Numbered from the stretch's first letter, positions 31,926-46,214 are shown. The stretch is 64,000 bases of DNA from an uncultured candidate division Zixibacteria bacterium (GCA_963713865.1 OY970208.1:2080001-2144000), one strand, 5' to 3'. The notes: generated by a model from the letters alone, not told the origin. Numbers and translations: made by a program.

Positions 31926-32551
31926 CTGGAAAACACCTCCTCCAGCTTTTTCAAAGCACCTTTGGTCAATAAAAGATACTCGCAGTTCAAGAGATCATAA
32001 GGATTAACCACCTGAGCTGGCTTAAAGGTTAAATTTTTTAAATTCCGACAGGATTTATAGAAATTATTCTCTTTATTTTCTCCGAGCAGTAAAGTTTTTG
32101 TCTCGCTTAATCCTAATTTTTTCAATAGATTTGCGATGGTTTTAGTTTTTGGTTGTTCCAGGGATATATCTTCAATTATTTTTATCGCCCCTTCAGAAGC
32201 TTTAGAAGAAAAAACTGACCTCAAAGCTAACCTCGATATCTTCTTAGGAAGAGCAGTCTTCCAATTCCTCTGGAATGGACCAAAAGTCCTCCCACCACCT
32301 ACCCAAATAGGTGAAGTATTAGATCCAGCTCGAGCTCTTCCGGTTCCTTTTTGCCTCCAGGGTTTTACACCTCCTCCTCTTACCTCAGCCCGGGTCTTCT
32401 TTCTAACCGTTCCCTGTCTCTGGTTAGCAAGATAGACCTTGACATACTGTTGTACGGCTTCAGGATTAGGCTTTATCCCGAAAAGCTCGGCTTTGAGCTC
32501 AAATTCACCTGTTTGGTCACCTTCGATATTATATTGGCTTACTTTACTCAT
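31922..32551 (-). CDS. rplD: 50S ribosomal protein L4
   Basis: RQGT...[25 protein letters not shown]. Confidence 0.99.
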   Translation of the reverse strand: MSKVSQYNIEGDQTGEFELKAELFGIKPNPEAVQQYVKVYLANQRQGTVRKKTRAEVRGGGVKPWRQKGTGRARAGSNTSPIWVGGGRTFGPFQRNWKTALPKKISRLALRSVFSSKASEGAIKIIEDISLEQPKTKTIANLLKKLGLSETKTLLLGENKENNFYKSCRNLKNLTFKPAQVVNPYDLLNCEYLLLTKGALKKLEEVFSS

Positions 32552-32570
32552 AAACGATCAAGCTTCAAAT

Positions 32571-33203
32571 TTATTTTTTCTTAAGTTTCTTAATCAATAA
32601 AATCGAATTTTTCTTTCCTGGAACTGCTCCTTTTACCAACAAAATATTCTTTTCTGCCTCTACTCCCACTACTTCTAAGTTACGAACAGTTACCCTTTCG
32701 TTCCCCATTCTTCCGGCCATTCTCTGCCCTTTAAAAGTACGTGATGGATAGGAGCTTGCTCCCACAGAACCAGGTGCTCTAACCCTATCCGATTGTCCAT
32801 GGGTCGTAGGTCCACCTCTGAATTTATGCCTTCTGACCACTCCTTGAAAGCCAAGTCCCTTGGAGGTTCCAGTAATATCCACTTTTTCACCTACGGAAAA
32901 GAGATCAACTTTTATCTCCTGACCTATCTCAAACTGTTTATCGAACTTATCCTTTCTGAATTCTTTCAGAACCCTTTTGGGTTCAACTTTAGCCTTTTCA
33001 AAGTGACCAGTTATGGGTTTATTGAAAAGAGATTTCCTCTTAATGCCAAACGCTAACTGCAAAGCATCATACCCTTCTTTTTCCTTGGTCTTTATCTGGA
33101 CTATCGGACAGGGATCTGCTTGAATCACCGTCACGGGAATAAACTCTCCTTCTTTCCCAAAAATCTGGGTCATCCCCACTTTTCTGCCGATTATACCTTC
33201 CAT
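32571..33203 (-). CDS. rplC: 50S ribosomal protein L3
   Basis: G.KVGMTQIF, GTSKG.GFQG, LVKGAVPG. Confidence 0.99.
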   Translation of the reverse strand: MEGIIGRKVGMTQIFGKEGEFIPVTVIQADPCPIVQIKTKEKEGYDALQLAFGIKRKSLFNKPITGHFEKAKVEPKRVLKEFRKDKFDKQFEIGQEIKVDLFSVGEKVDITGTSKGLGFQGVVRRHKFRGGPTTHGQSDRVRAPGSVGASSYPSRTFKGQRMAGRMGNERVTVRNLEVVGVEAEKNILLVKGAVPGKKNSILLIKKLKKK

Positions 33204-33224
33204 GCTTTTTACCCTAAAAGAAAT

Positions 33225-33533
33225 TTAAACTTTGATCTCTACATCCACTCCGGCTGGTAGCTCTAACTTCATCAGAGCATCTACCGTCTGAGGAGTAGAT
33301 TCATATATATCAATCATCCTCTTATGGATTCTGGTCTCAAATTGTTCCCTGGATTTTTTATCAGTATGCGGTGATCTTAAAACAGTATAGACTGTCCGCT
33401 TCGTAGGTAAAGGCACAGGGCCCGAGATCTTGGCACCTGTTCGGGTAACAGTCCTTACAATTTCCTGAGCTGATTTATCCAGAGAATTATGGTCATAAGC
33501 TTTAAGCCAGATCCTGATCTTTTGTCCTTCCAT
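33225..33533 (-). CDS. rpsJ: 30S ribosomal protein S10
   Basis: [29 protein letters not shown]. Confidence 0.99.
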   Translation of the reverse strand: MEGQKIRIWLKAYDHNSLDKSAQEIVRTVTRTGAKISGPVPLPTKRTVYTVLRSPHTDKKSREQFETRIHKRMIDIYESTPQTVDALMKLELPAGVDVEIKV

Positions 33534-33559
33534 TCTCAATCCTTATCTTTCAAAGAACA

Positions 33560-34835
33560 TTATTTTTTAACGTTTGAACCTTTGTCCCGCCAAAGGCGGG
33601 ATTAAACTTTTTTTACTCTATTATATCCGTTACTGCACCTGCTCCTACCGTCCTCCCACCCTCCCGTATGGCAAATCTTAACGTCTTCTCCATCGCTATT
33701 GGCCCTATCAACTCTACACTCATATTCACATTGTCTCCCGGCATCACCATCTCCACCCCTTCCGGCAACTTGATTATCCCGGTCACGTCTAAAGTCCGAA
33801 AATAAAACTGCGGACGATACCCGTTGAAAAAGGGCGTATGCCTGCCTCCCTCCTCTTTGGTCAATACGTATACCTCTGCTTTAAATTTGGTATGCGGGGT
33901 TATACTACCCGGAGCCGCTATCACCATCCCTCGCTCTAACTCGTCCTTCTCTATCCCCCTTAATAATATCCCGATGTTGTCTCCGGCCTGCGCCTCGTCT
34001 AATAACTTCCGAAACATCTCTACCCCTGTCACTACGGTCTTACGCGTCTCCTTCAATCCTACTCGCTCTACCTCATCCCCTACCTTCACCCGTCCTCGCT
34101 CTACCCTGCCCGTCCCTACTGTCCCCCTGCCGGTTATACTGAAGACATCCTCTACCGGCAGCAAAAAAGGCTTGTCTACGTCTCGCTTGGGTAACGGTAT
34201 GTAATTGTCTACCGCTTCCATTAACTCATAGACGCTCTTGAACTCCGGCGAATCCTTTACCTCCAGCTTGGCTGACTCGGTCATGACCTTTAACGCACTA
34301 CCCCGTATCACCGGTACCTCATCACCGGGAAATCCATACTTCTTCAGTAAATCCCTCACCTCTAACTCCACTAAATCCAATAACTCCGGATCATCTACCA
34401 TGTCTACCTTGTTCAAATATACGATGATATACGGCACTCCTACCTGACGCGCTAATAATATGTGCTCACGGGTCTGCGGCATCGGCCCATCTGCTGCCGA
34501 TACTACTAATATCGCCCCGTCCATCTGCGCCGCTCCAGTCACCATGTTCTTTACATAGTCCGCATGCCCTGGACAATCTACGTGCGCATAATGCCGCTTG
34601 TCGGTCTCATACTCCGCATGATGTACGTTGATGGTTAACCCCCTGGCTTTCTCCTCCGGCGCATTGTCTATCTCCTCGTAACTCTTGGCCTGCGCTAATC
34701 CACGCCGCGATAATACCATGGTTATCGCCGCGGTCAACGTGGTCTTCCCATGATCTACATGCCCTATCGTCCCAATGTTTACATGCGGCTTGGTCCGCAC
34801 AAATTTAGCCTTGGCCATCTTACTTTACCTCCAAA
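33560..34835. repeat. 1276-bp near-identical direct duplication (tuf plus flanks); partner at 49471-50746
   Basis: Constant offset of 15911; differences seen only at 34286/50197 and 34750/50661. Confidence 0.92.
33613..34818 (-). CDS. tuf: Elongation factor Tu (str-operon copy)
   Basis: [34 protein letters not shown]. Confidence 0.99.
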   Translation of the reverse strand: MAKAKFVRTKPHVNIGTIGHVDHGKTTLTAAITMVLSRRGLAQAKSYEEIDNAPEEKARGLTINVHHAEYETDKRHYAHVDCPGHADYVKNMVTGAAQMDGAILVVSAADGPMPQTREHILLARQVGVPYIIVYLNKVDMVDDPELLDLVELEVRDLLKKYGFPGDEVPVIRGSALKVMTESAKLEVKDSPEFKSVYELMEAVDNYIPLPKRDVDKPFLLPVEDVFSITGRGTVGTGRVERGRVKVGDEVERVGLKETRKTVVTGVEMFRKLLDEAQAGDNIGILLRGIEKDELERGMVIAAPGSITPHTKFKAEVYVLTKEEGGRHTPFFNGYRPQFYFRTLDVTGIIKLPEGVEMVMPGDNVNMSVELIGPIAMEKTLRFAIREGGRTVGAGAVTDIIE

Positions 34836-34856
34836 AAATAGTATAATTCACTTTAA

Positions 34857-36938
34857 TTAATAACCTCTAACTTTTGATAAAATTTTCTCAGAAAGGTTTT
34901 CCGGCACCTCCTCATATCTTAAGAATTCCATAGAGAAAACTGCCCTTCCCTGAGTAATAGATCTTAATCTGGTAGCATAACCAAACATCTCAGATAGCGG
35001 CACCATAACAGAAATTACCTGAGCATCTTTTCGAGGGTGAATCCCTGAGATATTACCCCGTCGGGCATTAAGGTCACCTATAACATCTCCCATATATTCT
35101 TCCGGAACAACCACCTCCACATCCATCATCGGCTCTAAAAGTTTGGGGAAAGCTCTTCTGGCACCATCCTGAAATGCCATCGAGGCTGCAATCTTGAAAG
35201 CCAACTCAGTTGAATCGACCTCATGGTAGCTACCATCATAAAGGATCACCTTTATGTTCACCATCGGGTATCCAGCCAGGACCCCATTCTCCATCGCCTC
35301 TTTAACACCTTTTTCGATCGAAGGGATATACTCTTTGGGAATTACACCACTGGAAATTTGTTTCTCAAATACAAACTTTCCTCCTGGAGGTAAAGGCTCT
35401 AATCTTATCTTCACATGACCGTATTGACCTTTCCCTCCAGACTGACGTATAAACTTACCCTCTGCTTCTACCGGGATAGAGATAGTCTCTTTATAAGCCA
35501 CCTGAGGTTTTCCAACATTAGCCTGTACTCTGAACTCTCGTATTAACCGTTCAAGCAAAATTTCTAAATGAAGCTCGCCCATGCCTGAGATTATCGTCTG
35601 TCCAGTTTCCTCATTCAAACCCACCTTAAAGGTTGGATCCTCATCCGCTAATTTGGATAAAGATGCACTTAATCTATCCTGATCCGTTTTGGTTTTCGGT
35701 TCAATCGCCACAGAGATTACTGGATCTGGGAAAACCATCTTCTCCAAAACTATGGGATAGTGCTTATCACATAAGGTGTTGCCCGTCGAAATGTTCCTGG
35801 ATACGACAGCCGCGGTAATATCACCGGTAAAAACTTCCTGTATGTCTTCTCTTTGATTAGCATGCATCCTTAATATCCTGCTTAACCTTAGCTTCTCTTC
35901 GCTATTGCTATTTAATACCATAGACCCCACCTTTACCCATCCGGAATAAACTCTGAAGTAAGCTAATTTACCTACAAAAGGGTCACTTACTATTTTAAAA
36001 GCTAATGCAGAAAATGGTTCATCATCCGACACTTTCCTCTCTTCAACTTCTCCACTTTCCGGGTTAATCCCTTTTACCGCAGGTAGATCCAGAGGTGAAG
36101 GTAGAAAATCGACCACTGCATCTAAAAGCTTCTGCACCCCTTTATTTTTGAAAGCCGCACCACATAATACTGGAACCACTTTCGCATCCAAACACGCTTT
36201 TCTTAAAGCTTTTTTAATCTCTTGCGGCTCAATCGGCTTTTCATTTAAAAAATTTTCCATGAGCTTATCATCATAATCTGATAAAGCCTCTAAAATTTCC
36301 TCTCTTTTCTTTCGGGCTATGTCTGTAAATGATTTAGGGACAGGATGGTCTTCAAAAGTAGCTCCAAAAGTTTCCTCGTGATAAATTCGATAGTTCATCT
36401 CAATCAGATCAATAATTCCGGCAAACATATCTCCCTGACCTACCGGAATCTGAATAGCCACTGCTTTAGTACCCAATCTATCTCGCATCATCTGTAGAGT
36501 ATTCTCAAAATCAGAACCAACCCGATCCATCTTATTGATAAAAGCTATTCTGGGAACACCATATTTATCCGCTTGCCTCCAGACCGTCTCAGATTGTGGT
36601 TCAACCCCTCCAACCCCACAAAAAATGACAATAGCGCCATCTAAAATCCTTAAAGACCTTTCAACTTCAGCCGTGAAATCTACATGTCCTGGAGTATCAA
36701 TAATATTTATCCTATGCTCCTGCCAGTAACAGGTAGTAGCGGCCGAGGTTATGGTTATACCTCTTTCTCTCTCCTGGTCCATCCAGTCCATAACTGCAGC
36801 CCCTTCATCCACCTCTCCCATCCGATAAGTTTTTCCAGTATAATAGAGAACCCTTTCGGTGGTGGTGGTTTTCCCTGCATCTATATGTGCCATTATGCCT
36901 ATATTCCTGATTTTTTGTAAGGGAAATTCCCTTGACAT
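34857..36938 (-). CDS. fusA: Elongation factor G; start set at MSREFPL (36938)
   Basis: [46 protein letters not shown] before the ATG at 36938. Confidence 0.99.
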   Translation of the reverse strand: MSREFPLQKIRNIGIMAHIDAGKTTTTERVLYYTGKTYRMGEVDEGAAVMDWMDQERERGITITSAATTCYWQEHRINIIDTPGHVDFTAEVERSLRILDGAIVIFCGVGGVEPQSETVWRQADKYGVPRIAFINKMDRVGSDFENTLQMMRDRLGTKAVAIQIPVGQGDMFAGIIDLIEMNYRIYHEETFGATFEDHPVPKSFTDIARKKREEILEALSDYDDKLMENFLNEKPIEPQEIKKALRKACLDAKVVPVLCGAAFKNKGVQKLLDAVVDFLPSPLDLPAVKGINPESGEVEERKVSDDEPFSALAFKIVSDPFVGKLAYFRVYSGWVKVGSMVLNSNSEEKLRLSRILRMHANQREDIQEVFTGDITAAVVSRNISTGNTLCDKHYPIVLEKMVFPDPVISVAIEPKTKTDQDRLSASLSKLADEDPTFKVGLNEETGQTIISGMGELHLEILLERLIREFRVQANVGKPQVAYKETISIPVEAEGKFIRQSGGKGQYGHVKIRLEPLPPGGKFVFEKQISSGVIPKEYIPSIEKGVKEAMENGVLAGYPMVNIKVILYDGSYHEVDSTELAFKIAASMAFQDGARRAFPKLLEPMMDVEVVVPEEYMGDVIGDLNARRGNISGIHPRKDAQVISVMVPLSEMFGYATRLRSITQGRAVFSMEFLRYEEVPENLSEKILSKVRGY

Positions 36939-37013
36939 AAAAAAACCTCTACTTATTCTACTTGCTGTGGAAACCTTTACAACACGGAATTCCACTCAGC
37001 AAGTGGAGGTTTT
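36939..37013 (-). promoter_or_regulatory. Long hairpin in the fusA leader that can sequester the RBS
   Basis: ACTTGCTG/CAGCAAGT, TGGAA/TTCCA and AAAACCTC/GAGGTTTT pairings. Confidence 0.5.
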
Positions 37014-37242
37014 AAACCTGATCCGTATTTTATGTTTCCAACCTTTATTTCACTTTCCCCCTCTAAACCAACCACTGGTCAGAAGGGAATTTAATTCATT
37101 CCTCGTTTGGAGTTTTAGATCCGATTTTTGAATACTTTCTGAACTCTAATCTCAATCTACGCTAAAAACTCCTTTAAATTCTGAATTTTATTTACTTCAA
37201 GCTGCCATTCTACTAACCTGATTTATATTACCTGCTCCATTT

Positions 37243-37713
37243 TTACCATCTGAAATGAGCAAAAGCCCGATTAGCTTCTGCCATCTTATGAGTATCTTCT
37301 TTCTTCTTTATAGAGCTTCCTTCATTTTTAGATGCGGCGATTAATTCAGCCGCTAATCTATCCAACATAGTATGCTCAGCTCTTGCCTTGGTGTATGATA
37401 TTATCCATTTTATAGCTAAAGAAGTCCTTCTATCAGATCGAACTTCAATTGGCACCTGATAGGTTGCTCCACCTACTCTTCTTGGCTTCACCTCTAAAAC
37501 CGGTTTTACATTATTAACCGCTTTCTGGAAAACCTCAATCCCTGGTTGACCGGATTTTTTCTCTATAGTCTCCAATGCTCCATAAAATATATGTTCCGCA
37601 GTACTTTTCTTGCCCTTTCGCATAATGTCGTTTATAAACTGTGTAACCAGTATATTCCCATACTTAGTATCAGGTAACAACTCTCTTTTGATCGTTTTTT
37701 TCTTTCTTGCCAT
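37243..37713 (-). CDS. rpsG: 30S ribosomal protein S7
   Basis: [33 protein letters not shown]. Confidence 0.99.
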   Translation of the reverse strand: MARKKKTIKRELLPDTKYGNILVTQFINDIMRKGKKSTAEHIFYGALETIEKKSGQPGIEVFQKAVNNVKPVLEVKPRRVGGATYQVPIEVRSDRRTSLAIKWIISYTKARAEHTMLDRLAAELIAASKNEGSSIKKKEDTHKMAEANRAFAHFRW

Positions 37714-37723
37714 ATTTCCTTAC

Positions 37724-38104
37724 TCAAGTAACCTTTTTAGGTTTTTTAGTTCCATATTTAGATCTTCCCTGCTTTCTTTCACCCACTCCACTGGCATCCA
37801 GGGTGCCACGAATAATATGATATCTAACTCCAGGAAGGTCTTTTACTCTTCCACCTCTAATCAGAACAATCGAGTGTTCCTGAAGGTTATGCCCTTCGCC
37901 AGGTATATAGGAGGTTACCTCTATCCCATTAGTCAATCTAACCCGGGCTACTTTCCTTAACGCAGAATTAGGCTTTTTGGGAGTAGAGGTGTATACTCGA
38001 GTACAAACCCCTCTTCTTTGAGGAGATCCATGCAGGGCTGGTGTCTTTTCCTTCCCTTTTTCCTTTTTCCTGCCGATTCTTATCAGTTGATTAATAGACG
38101 GCAA
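37724..38104 (-). CDS. rpsL: 30S ribosomal protein S12
   Basis: [28 protein letters not shown]. Confidence 0.99.
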   Translation of the reverse strand: MPSINQLIRIGRKKEKGKEKTPALHGSPQRRGVCTRVYTSTPKKPNSALRKVARVRLTNGIEVTSYIPGEGHNLQEHSIVLIRGGRVKDLPGVRYHIIRGTLDASGVGERKQGRSKYGTKKPKKVT

Positions 38105-38177
38105 CTTCTACTCCTTTTAATGAACAATCTCTCTATCTTATGCTCTTCAAATCAAATTCTTAATACATAAATTTTTT

Positions 38178-38205
38178 AATATAGAGGTAATTACATCATT
38201 GTCAA
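38178..38205 (-). promoter_or_regulatory. Putative sigma70 promoter for the str operon; -35 overlaps the rpoC stop codon
   Basis: TTGACA-N16-TATATT. Confidence 0.65.
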
Positions 38206-41200
38206 GCATTTTCTTTGACAATTTTCGCTTCTTCTTCAATTTTTTCTTCCTCTTTCAGTTGAATACTTCTGTAATATTCCAGTCCGGTACCTGCAGGGAT
38301 AAGACGACCGATGATCACATTTTCCTTCAACCCCAAGAGAAAATCTGTCTTCCCTGAGACAGCCGCCTCAGTCAATACCCTGGTTGTTTCTTGAAAAGAA
38401 GCAGCAGAAATAAAGCTGTCAGAAGTCAAAGACGCTTTAGTAATCCCTAAAAGCAGGGGCTGGAATCTTGCTGGCTCACCGCCTTCAGCAATTACCTTTT
38501 CATTCTCTTCCCTGAATCTTATCTTATCCACCTGTTCACCTTCCAGGAAATTAGTGTCTCCTACATTTTCCACCCTGACCTTTTGAAGCATCTGCCTGAC
38601 TATGGTCTCGATATGCTTATCATTAATCTTCACCCCTTGCAATCGATAGACTTCCTGGATCTCATTAACCAGATATTCCTGAACTGCATTAGGGCCTTTG
38701 ATCCTTAAAATGTCATGTGGATCTATCGATCCTTCACAAATCCTATCACCTGCTTTTACCCGGTCATCTGAATGAACTCTCATATGCTTTCCGTGAGGAA
38801 TAAGATATTCTCTGATCTCCTCTTGATCCCCGCGCACAAACACCTGCGTAGTCCCGCGGATTATCTTGCCGAATTCCACCACACCATCTACTTCGCTGAC
38901 AATAGCTGGGTCTTTTGGCCTTCTAGCTTCAAAAAGCTCTGCTACACGGGGGAGCCCACCAGTGATATCTCTGGTCTTGGAAAGCTCTCTCGGTATTTTC
39001 ACTAAAGCATCACCAGCTTCAACCTTATCACCGTTATGCACTAATAGATAAGCTCTGGTTGGAACAGAGTAGTTCCCGACCTTTTTCCCTTTTTCATCTA
39101 TAACAGCTATATGGGGTCTGAGGTTTTTCTCCCTCTGTTCAACTACCACTCTCTGACGCAACCCTGTGGTCTCATCCAGTTCTTCCCTGAAGGTCACATC
39201 TTCGATCAGATCAATGAACTCCACTTTTCCACTGTTGTCTGAAAGTATAGTGCTGGAGTAGGGATCCCATTCAAACAAAACATCTCCCTTCTGAACCTGG
39301 CTTCCTTCATTTATCTTTATAACTGCAGCATAAGGGACATTATATTTTGCCCATACATTTCCCTGTGCATCCACCAGATCGATCTCACCTTCTCTACCCA
39401 AAACTGCCTTTGCTCCATCTTTTCTGGTAACCATTTTAACCTTTTTAATAGTTACCTTCCCATCGGCTTTAGCAGTTGCTTTAGAATGTTCAACAATACG
39501 GGCAGCTGTACCTCCGATATGGAAGGTCCTCAGGGTAAGCTGTGTGCCCGGTTCTCCAATGCTCTGAGCAGCCACCACCCCAACCGCTTCGCCTAACTCT
39601 ACCATTCTACTGGTAGCCAAATTTCTTCCGTAACATTTGGCGCAAACTCCTCTTTTGGATTCACAGGTTAGAACCGATCTTATCTTCACGGTCTCAATAC
39701 CGCGCTCCTCAATTCGAACGGCTGCATTTTCATCGATCTCCTCACCTGCTAAAGCTATTACCTCATTCGTAATTCGATCGATGACATCTTCCAAAGCTAC
39801 GCGTCCTAAGACTCGATCCCTTAAAGACTCGATTACCTCTTCGCCTTCTTTCAAAGCTACAACATTTAAACCCAAAATCGTTCCACAATCTATCTCATTT
39901 ATAATCACATCCTGAGCCACATCCACTAACCGGCGAGTAAGATAGCCGGCATCTGCTGTTTTAAGGGCTGTATCAGCTAACCCTTTTCTGGCTCCGTGCG
40001 TGGAGATGAAATATTCCAGCACACTTAAGCCTTCTTTGAAGTTAGAGGTGATTGGAGATTCTATAATCTCCCCTATTTGACCGGTGATCTTTTTCTGAGG
40101 CTTAGCCATCAACCCTCTCATTCCGGCTAATTGTCTTATCTGGTCCTTACTACCTCTGGCTCCAGAATCTGCCATCATAAATACAGGATTAAATCCATCT
40201 TCAGCTTTCTTCAACTCCTCAAACATCACCTCTGCCACCTCATTGGTGATATGGGTCCAGGCGTCGATAACTTTATTGTATCTTTCTCCGTTGGTAATCA
40301 CTCCTTTCTCATACTGCTGCTGGATCTTCTCAACCTCTTTTTTGGTTCTTTCAATCAACCTCTGTTTTTCCTTCTCCGGGATTATCATATCGTCTATTCC
40401 CACAGTGATCCCGGCTAAGGTAGCATATAGAAAACCGACCCTTTTTAACTCATCTAAGAGAAAAGCTGTACGAGAATTACCTAATTGACTATAAGCCTGA
40501 GAGATCAACTCTTCAATCTTACTCCTATTGGCTAGATCATTAAAAAAACCGAGTTCTGGAGGTATAACCTGATTAAATATCAGTCTGCCAGGAGTAGTTT
40601 CCACTAACTTGCCATTTAATCTTACCTTCACCTGGGCATTGAGCCCAACCAACTTATCCTCTAAAGCGAACAGTACTTCCTCCACCGATGAGAAAATCTT
40701 ACCCTCACCCTTATCATGAGGTTTAATCTTGGTAAGATAATAGGCTCCCAGAACAATATCTTGAGAAGGAGTAGAAATGGGCCTGCCATTAGAAGGAAGG
40801 AGAAGGTTATTTACCGAAAGCATCAAGACTCTTGCTTCTAACTGTGCCTCGAAGGACAAAGGAACATGCACTGCCATCTGATCACCATCGAAATCAGCAT
40901 TAAAGGCTGCGCACACCAGTGGATGAATTCGGATAGCTTTACCTTCAACCAGCACCGGATAAAAGGCTTGAATACCTAAACGGTGTAAGGTAGGAGCACG
41001 ATTTAAAAGTATCGGGTGATCCTGAATGATCTCTTCTAAGATATCCCATACTTCAGGCTTTTCCTTTTCCACGAACTTCTTGGCTGACTTAACCGTTGAA
41101 ACAAATCCTTTTTCTTCTAATTTCATTATAACAAAGGGTTTGAAAAGCTCTAAAGCCATATTCTTAGGAATACCACATTGATGGAGTTTAAGTTCTGGAC

Positions 41201-42263
41201 CAACTACAATAACCGATCTTCCAGAGTAATCTACCCTTTTACCCAAAAGGTTCTGTCTGAATCTTCCTTGCTTACCTTTAAGAAGATCTGAAAGTGATTT
41301 CAAAGGTCTTTTAGTATCACCCCTCACCGATTGTGATCTTCTCCCATTATCTAATAAGGCATCTACTGCTTCCTGTAACATCCTCTTTTCATTTTTCAAA
41401 ATAACTTCCGGGGCTTTTATCTCTATCAACTTCTTCAATCGATTATTTCGATTGATAACTCGACGATAGAGGTCATTTAAATCCGAGGTTGCAAATCTTC
41501 CGCCCTCTAATGGAACCAAAGGTCTTAAATCTGGAGGGATAATCGGAAGGACCCTCATTACCATCCATTCGGGTTTATTACTAGACTGTCTGAATGATTC
41601 TATAACTCTTAATCTTTTTAAAATATCTTTTTTTCTCTGAGCTGAGGTTTCCATTCTGACCTGTGCTCTTAAAGAGATAGAAAGTTCCTCGATATCGATC
41701 TGTCTTAAAAGCTCCAGTATAGCTTCAGCCCCCATTTTGGCTACGAATTCCTTACCAGATTCTTCCAGCTGTTGGTATTCCTCTTCAGTTATGATGTCCT
41801 TATATTTCAGAGGGGTATTTCCAGGATCGAGCACAATATATGACTCATAATATAAAATCCTTTCCAGTTCTCGAATAGATAAATCTAAAAGGTAGCCCAT
41901 CCGGGTGGGAATCGACTTAAAAAACCAGATGTGGGAAACCGGAACTGCTAATTCGATATGTCCCATCCTCTCTCTTCTAACCCTGGATTGAGTAACCTCT
42001 ACCCCACATCTATCGCAGACTATTCCTTTAAATCTAACCCTTTTATACTTACCGCAGTTACACTCCCAGTCCTTTACCGGGCCGAAAATCCTCTCGCAGA
42101 AAAGTCCATCCCTTTCTGGTTTAAAGGATCTATAGTTGATAGTCTCAGGCTTGGTAACTTCTCCATAGGACCAGGATCTAATAATTTCAGGGGAAGCCAG
42201 CTGAATTTTAATAGCATAAAAATCAGATGGTTTCCTCAAATTCTTAGTCTGTATCTCTGCCAC
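38202..42263 (-). CDS. rpoC: RNA polymerase beta' subunit
   Basis: [10 protein letters not shown], zinc-binding Cys motifs, [11 protein letters not shown] followed by an SI3-type insert. Confidence 0.99.
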   Translation of the reverse strand: MAEIQTKNLRKPSDFYAIKIQLASPEIIRSWSYGEVTKPETINYRSFKPERDGLFCERIFGPVKDWECNCGKYKRVRFKGIVCDRCGVEVTQSRVRRERMGHIELAVPVSHIWFFKSIPTRMGYLLDLSIRELERILYYESYIVLDPGNTPLKYKDIITEEEYQQLEESGKEFVAKMGAEAILELLRQIDIEELSISLRAQVRMETSAQRKKDILKRLRVIESFRQSSNKPEWMVMRVLPIIPPDLRPLVPLEGGRFATSDLNDLYRRVINRNNRLKKLIEIKAPEVILKNEKRMLQEAVDALLDNGRRSQSVRGDTKRPLKSLSDLLKGKQGRFRQNLLGKRVDYSGRSVIVVGPELKLHQCGIPKNMALELFKPFVIMKLEEKGFVSTVKSAKKFVEKEKPEVWDILEEIIQDHPILLNRAPTLHRLGIQAFYPVLVEGKAIRIHPLVCAAFNADFDGDQMAVHVPLSFEAQLEARVLMLSVNNLLLPSNGRPISTPSQDIVLGAYYLTKIKPHDKGEGKIFSSVEEVLFALEDKLVGLNAQVKVRLNGKLVETTPGRLIFNQVIPPELGFFNDLANRSKIEELISQAYSQLGNSRTAFLLDELKRVGFLYATLAGITVGIDDMIIPEKEKQRLIERTKKEVEKIQQQYEKGVITNGERYNKVIDAWTHITNEVAEVMFEELKKAEDGFNPVFMMADSGARGSKDQIRQLAGMRGLMAKPQKKITGQIGEIIESPITSNFKEGLSVLEYFISTHGARKGLADTALKTADAGYLTRRLVDVAQDVIINEIDCGTILGLNVVALKEGEEVIESLRDRVLGRVALEDVIDRITNEVIALAGEEIDENAAVRIEERGIETVKIRSVLTCESKRGVCAKCYGRNLATSRMVELGEAVGVVAAQSIGEPGTQLTLRTFHIGGTAARIVEHSKATAKADGKVTIKKVKMVTRKDGAKAVLGREGEIDLVDAQGNVWAKYNVPYAAVIKINEGSQVQKGDVLFEWDPYSSTILSDNSGKVEFIDLIEDVTFREELDETTGLRQRVVVEQREKNLRPHIAVIDEKGKKVGNYSVPTRAYLLVHNGDKVEAGDALVKIPRELSKTRDITGGLPRVAELFEARRPKDPAIVSEVDGVVEFGKIIRGTTQVFVRGDQEEIREYLIPHGKHMRVHSDDRVKAGDRICEGSIDPHDILRIKGPNAVQEYLVNEIQEVYRLQGVKINDKHIETIVRQMLQKVRVENVGDTNFLEGEQVDKIRFREENEKVIAEGGEPARFQPLLLGITKASLTSDSFISAASFQETTRVLTEAAVSGKTDFLLGLKENVIIGRLIPAGTGLEYYRSIQLKEEEKIEEEAKIVKENA

Positions 42264-42371
42264 TTAAAACCTCCTTTCCACCAAGGTGGAAACTAAGGAT
42301 AGTCTTAGGCTAAAGTTAAATTACTACATTTTCTAAAAATCTTACCACCATTTACTTATCAAAAAACTTCT

Positions 42372-45300
42372 TTACCCTTCGACAAGATCCACATCTAACC
42401 CTAAGCTCTGCAATTCCTTGACTAATACATTAAATGACTCTGGAACACCCGGCTCAGGCGGATTCTCTCCTTTAACAATAGCCTCATAGATTCTGGACCT
42501 GCCAGCTACATCATCCGACTTCACCGTAAGCATCTCTTGCAGGGAATAAGCAGCTCCATAAGCTTCTAATGCCCATACTTCCATCTCTCCGAACCTCTGC
42601 CCTCCAAACTGAGCTTTACCACCCAAGGGTTGCTGAGTAACAAGCGAGTAAGGTCCAATAGAACGAGCGTGAATTTTATCATCGACAAGATGAGATAACT
42701 TCATTATATAGATATATCCTACTGTAATCGGTTTATCAAATGGTTCTCCAGTTATTCCGTCATAGAGGATAGTTTTACCATTATCTGGAAGTTCTGCTTC
42801 TTTTAAAGCCTCTTTAATCTCCTCTAAAGTTGCTCCATCAAAAACTGGGCTGGAGACATAAATCCCCATTTTCTTGGCAGCCCAGCCGAGATGGGTTTCT
42901 AAGAGCTGTCCCACATTCATTCTCGAAGGAACTCCCAAAGGATTCAATATAAGGTCAATCGGTGTACCATCAAGCAAGTAAGGCATATCTTCAGCCGGAA
43001 CGACTTTAGCCACAACCCCTTTATTACCATGTCTACCAGCAATTTTATCTCCTACCGATAACTTTCTCTTGGTAGCCACATTCACCTTAACTAATTGAAC
43101 CACTCCTGGAGGTAACTCTGCACCCCTGGATATTTTTTGCAACTCCGTATCCTGTTGGGCTTCCTTATCTTTAAATAGTTTATTATATTTAGACCAGATC
43201 TGCTCTATACGTTTATTTGTCTTTTGATCCTGGGTATATCCCTCATCAATTACTAAATCATCAAAAACGATACCATCGAAAGAATCCTTTTTGAATTTAA
43301 ATCCGGAACGGAAAGCGATTGAACCATCAGAAATTTTACGAATCGTCTTAGCAGTCTGTCCATCTAAAAGCTCTATAAGTTTCTGATCCCGTATCTTTTT
43401 CAAATTTTCCATCTGCTTCTGATGAGCTCTCTTCAGTTTGGCAATCTCGCTTTTCTCCTGCTTCTTAGATTCCTCAGTCCTTTCCTTTCGAGAGAAAACC
43501 TTAGAATCTATGACGACCCCTTTCATTCCCGGAGGCGCTTTTAGGGAAGCATCCCTGACATCACCTGCTTTTTCACCAAAAATCGCCCTTAAAAGCCTTT
43601 CCTCAGGGGAAAGCTCAGTTTCTCCTTTAGGAGTAACTTTTCCTACCAGAATATCCCCGGCTTCCACCTCCGCTCCATTTCTGATAATCCCCCTCTCATC
43701 TAAATTCATTACCGCATCCTCTGAAACATTGGGTATCTCACGGGTTAACTCCTCAGGTCCTCTTTTGGTATCTCTTACCTGAAGCTCAAATTCCTCAATG
43801 TGAATGGAGGTAAATCTATCCTCGGAGACCAGCCTTTCACTGACAATTATCGCATCCTCAAAATTATATCCCCTCCAGGGCATAAAAGCGACCAGCACAT
43901 TAGCTCCCAGGGCAAGCTCACCTCTATCGGTAGAGAAGCCGTCCGCCAGGCAATCTCCTGCTTCTACTTTCTCTCCTAGCCTAACCAAAGGTCTCTGATT
44001 AACGCAAGTGTCCTGGTTGGACCTCTTAAATTTCAGTAGTCGATATTCATCTGATTCTAAGAATTCATCTGTATCCTTATGTTTATCTGAAGGTCGAATA
44101 ACTATCAAGTCAGAGGATACGCTCTCGACTACACCACCTCTGGTTGCAACAATAGTTGCACCTGAATCTAAAGCTGCTTTTTTCTCCATACCGGTTCCGA
44201 CAATAGGTGCATCCGGGATAAGCAAGGGGACTGCTTGTCTTTGCATGTTAGACCCCATAAGAGCACGGTTAGCATCATCATGCTCTAAGAACGGAATCAA
44301 AGCAGCGGCAACGCTTACCAACTGTTTGGATGAGACATCCATATAATCGATCTTCTCTGAGGGTACTATAGGATAATCCGCTTTAAAGCGAGCTTTGATT
44401 AAAGGATTAAGGAATCTACCATCCTTTTTCAAAGGTTCATTCGCCTGGGCTATACTATATTTATCCTCCTGATCAGCAGTTAAATATTCTATCTCGTCAA
44501 TCACTTTACCATTCTTTACCTTTCGATAAGGAGTCTCTAAGAATCCATATTTATTTATCCGGGCATAAGTAGAAAGGGAAGCGATCAATCCAATGTTAGG
44601 ACCTTCTGGAGTCTCAATCGGGCACATCCTTCCATAATGGGTATGATGCACGTCCCTGACTTCAAATCCAGCTCTTTCTCTGGTTAACCCTCCTGGTCCA
44701 AGAGCGGAAAGTCTCCTTTTATGAGTTAACTCCGCCAGGGGATTAGTCTGATCCATAAACTGTGAGAGCTGACTGGACCCAAAAAAACTCTCAACCACTG
44801 AAGATACAGTTCGGGCATTAACTAAATCATGCGGGGTAATGGAGTCTGTATCTCTCAAGCTCATCCTTTCACGGATGGTGCGAGCCATTCGAGTGAGCCC
44901 AATCGAGAACTGATTGGAAAGAAGTTCTCCCACCGAACGAGCTCTTCTGTTACCCAGGTGGTCTATATCATCAACCTCGCCCTCGCCATTACTCAACTTT
45001 ATAAGAGACTTTATAATTTCAATGAAATCCTTTTTGTCTAAAGTAGTTTGTTCCAGAGGAATTTCCAGGGAAAGGCTCTGATTTAACTTATACCTTCCGA
45101 CTTCTCCTAAGTCATACCTCTTTGAACTGAAGAAAAGCCTTTCTAAAAGTAACTGAGCCATCTCCACGCTGGGGGGTTCACCTCCAGGCTTCAAAATCGA
45201 ATAGATTTTGAAAAGAGCTTCTTCTTGAGATATGGTTTGGTCCTTATGTAAAGTGTTAATAATGACCAAGGAATCCTTGCTCGAATCTGTTTCTATAATC

Positions 45301-46142
45301 CTGAGTTTTGGGATTTTATATTCTCTTATTTTCTCTAGATGATCTTCAGTTATAACCTCGCCACTTCGCAAGAGAGTAACTCCGTTCTCCTTTACGATTA
45401 CACCTTCTGCGGAGATCTTACCCACGATTTTATCTTTGCGAACACCAGGTATCTCGATGGTCTCTACTTCATAGAAAAGTTTGATGAGCTCAAGATCAGT
45501 AGAAAAACCTAATGCTCTTAAAAAGGTGGTCATCGGCAACCTTCTACGGGTGTCTATATATACATACATTATGTCATTTATATCAATATTGAACTCTACC
45601 CAGGAACCCCGATAGGGTATGATTCTGGCAGAATATAGCCTTTTGCCGTTAGGGTGAATCTCATCGTCAAAGAAAACACCCGGAGATCGATGAAGCTGGC
45701 TAACTATAACCCTTTCCGCGCCATTGATCACAAAAGTACCAGTAGGAGTAAGCAGAGGCAGTTCACCTAAGAAAACATCCTGCTCAATTATATCCCTTAC
45801 CCTTTTGCTTTTCCCTTCGGGTTCCCGGATAACCAGGCGTAACGTAGCTTTCAACGGAGCAGCATAAGTCATATTCCTTTCTTGACATTCTATAATGCTA
45901 TATCTTGGTAAACCAAGCATATATTTAACAAACTCAAGGGAATAGTTCTCATGCACATCTGTTAAAGGAAAAGTCTCGCTAAATACAGCCTGAAGCCCTA
46001 TGCTCTTCCTTTTTTCGGGTTCAATCTCTGCCTGTAGGAAATTTCTAAAAGACTCTCTCTGCACTTCCAAGAGATAAGGCAGATCCAGGATCTCCTTAAA
46101 CTTGGAATAGGACTTCCTTTCGATTTTTCTTACCTTTGCCAA
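42372..46142 (-). CDS. rpoB: RNA polymerase beta subunit
   Basis: [41 protein letters not shown]. Confidence 0.99.
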   Translation of the reverse strand: MAKVRKIERKSYSKFKEILDLPYLLEVQRESFRNFLQAEIEPEKRKSIGLQAVFSETFPLTDVHENYSLEFVKYMLGLPRYSIIECQERNMTYAAPLKATLRLVIREPEGKSKRVRDIIEQDVFLGELPLLTPTGTFVINGAERVIVSQLHRSPGVFFDDEIHPNGKRLYSARIIPYRGSWVEFNIDINDIMYVYIDTRRRLPMTTFLRALGFSTDLELIKLFYEVETIEIPGVRKDKIVGKISAEGVIVKENGVTLLRSGEVITEDHLEKIREYKIPKLRIIETDSSKDSLVIINTLHKDQTISQEEALFKIYSILKPGGEPPSVEMAQLLLERLFFSSKRYDLGEVGRYKLNQSLSLEIPLEQTTLDKKDFIEIIKSLIKLSNGEGEVDDIDHLGNRRARSVGELLSNQFSIGLTRMARTIRERMSLRDTDSITPHDLVNARTVSSVVESFFGSSQLSQFMDQTNPLAELTHKRRLSALGPGGLTRERAGFEVRDVHHTHYGRMCPIETPEGPNIGLIASLSTYARINKYGFLETPYRKVKNGKVIDEIEYLTADQEDKYSIAQANEPLKKDGRFLNPLIKARFKADYPIVPSEKIDYMDVSSKQLVSVAAALIPFLEHDDANRALMGSNMQRQAVPLLIPDAPIVGTGMEKKAALDSGATIVATRGGVVESVSSDLIVIRPSDKHKDTDEFLESDEYRLLKFKRSNQDTCVNQRPLVRLGEKVEAGDCLADGFSTDRGELALGANVLVAFMPWRGYNFEDAIIVSERLVSEDRFTSIHIEEFELQVRDTKRGPEELTREIPNVSEDAVMNLDERGIIRNGAEVEAGDILVGKVTPKGETELSPEERLLRAIFGEKAGDVRDASLKAPPGMKGVVIDSKVFSRKERTEESKKQEKSEIAKLKRAHQKQMENLKKIRDQKLIELLDGQTAKTIRKISDGSIAFRSGFKFKKDSFDGIVFDDLVIDEGYTQDQKTNKRIEQIWSKYNKLFKDKEAQQDTELQKISRGAELPPGVVQLVKVNVATKRKLSVGDKIAGRHGNKGVVAKVVPAEDMPYLLDGTPIDLILNPLGVPSRMNVGQLLETHLGWAAKKMGIYVSSPVFDGATLEEIKEALKEAELPDNGKTILYDGITGEPFDKPITVGYIYIMKLSHLVDDKIHARSIGPYSLVTQQPLGGKAQFGGQRFGEMEVWALEAYGAAYSLQEMLTVKSDDVAGRSRIYEAIVKGENPPEPGVPESFNVLVKELQSLGLDVDLVEG

Positions 46143-46214
46143 TTAAATCACACTCCTTAAGTGTGGCAAAAACTACTAATTCCAAAATTTTGCCCGTAGA
46201 ACTTCGCCAAAAAA

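Noticed and set aside
33585-33601. Hairpin after each tuf as an intrinsic terminator
   Set aside because: No U-tract follows on the transcribed (minus) strand; more likely a small repeat or stabiliser
36939-36995. 19-aa N-terminal extension of EF-G in the ORF track
   Set aside because: The conserved N-terminus and RBS indicate the ATG at 36938; the extension is the leader hairpin
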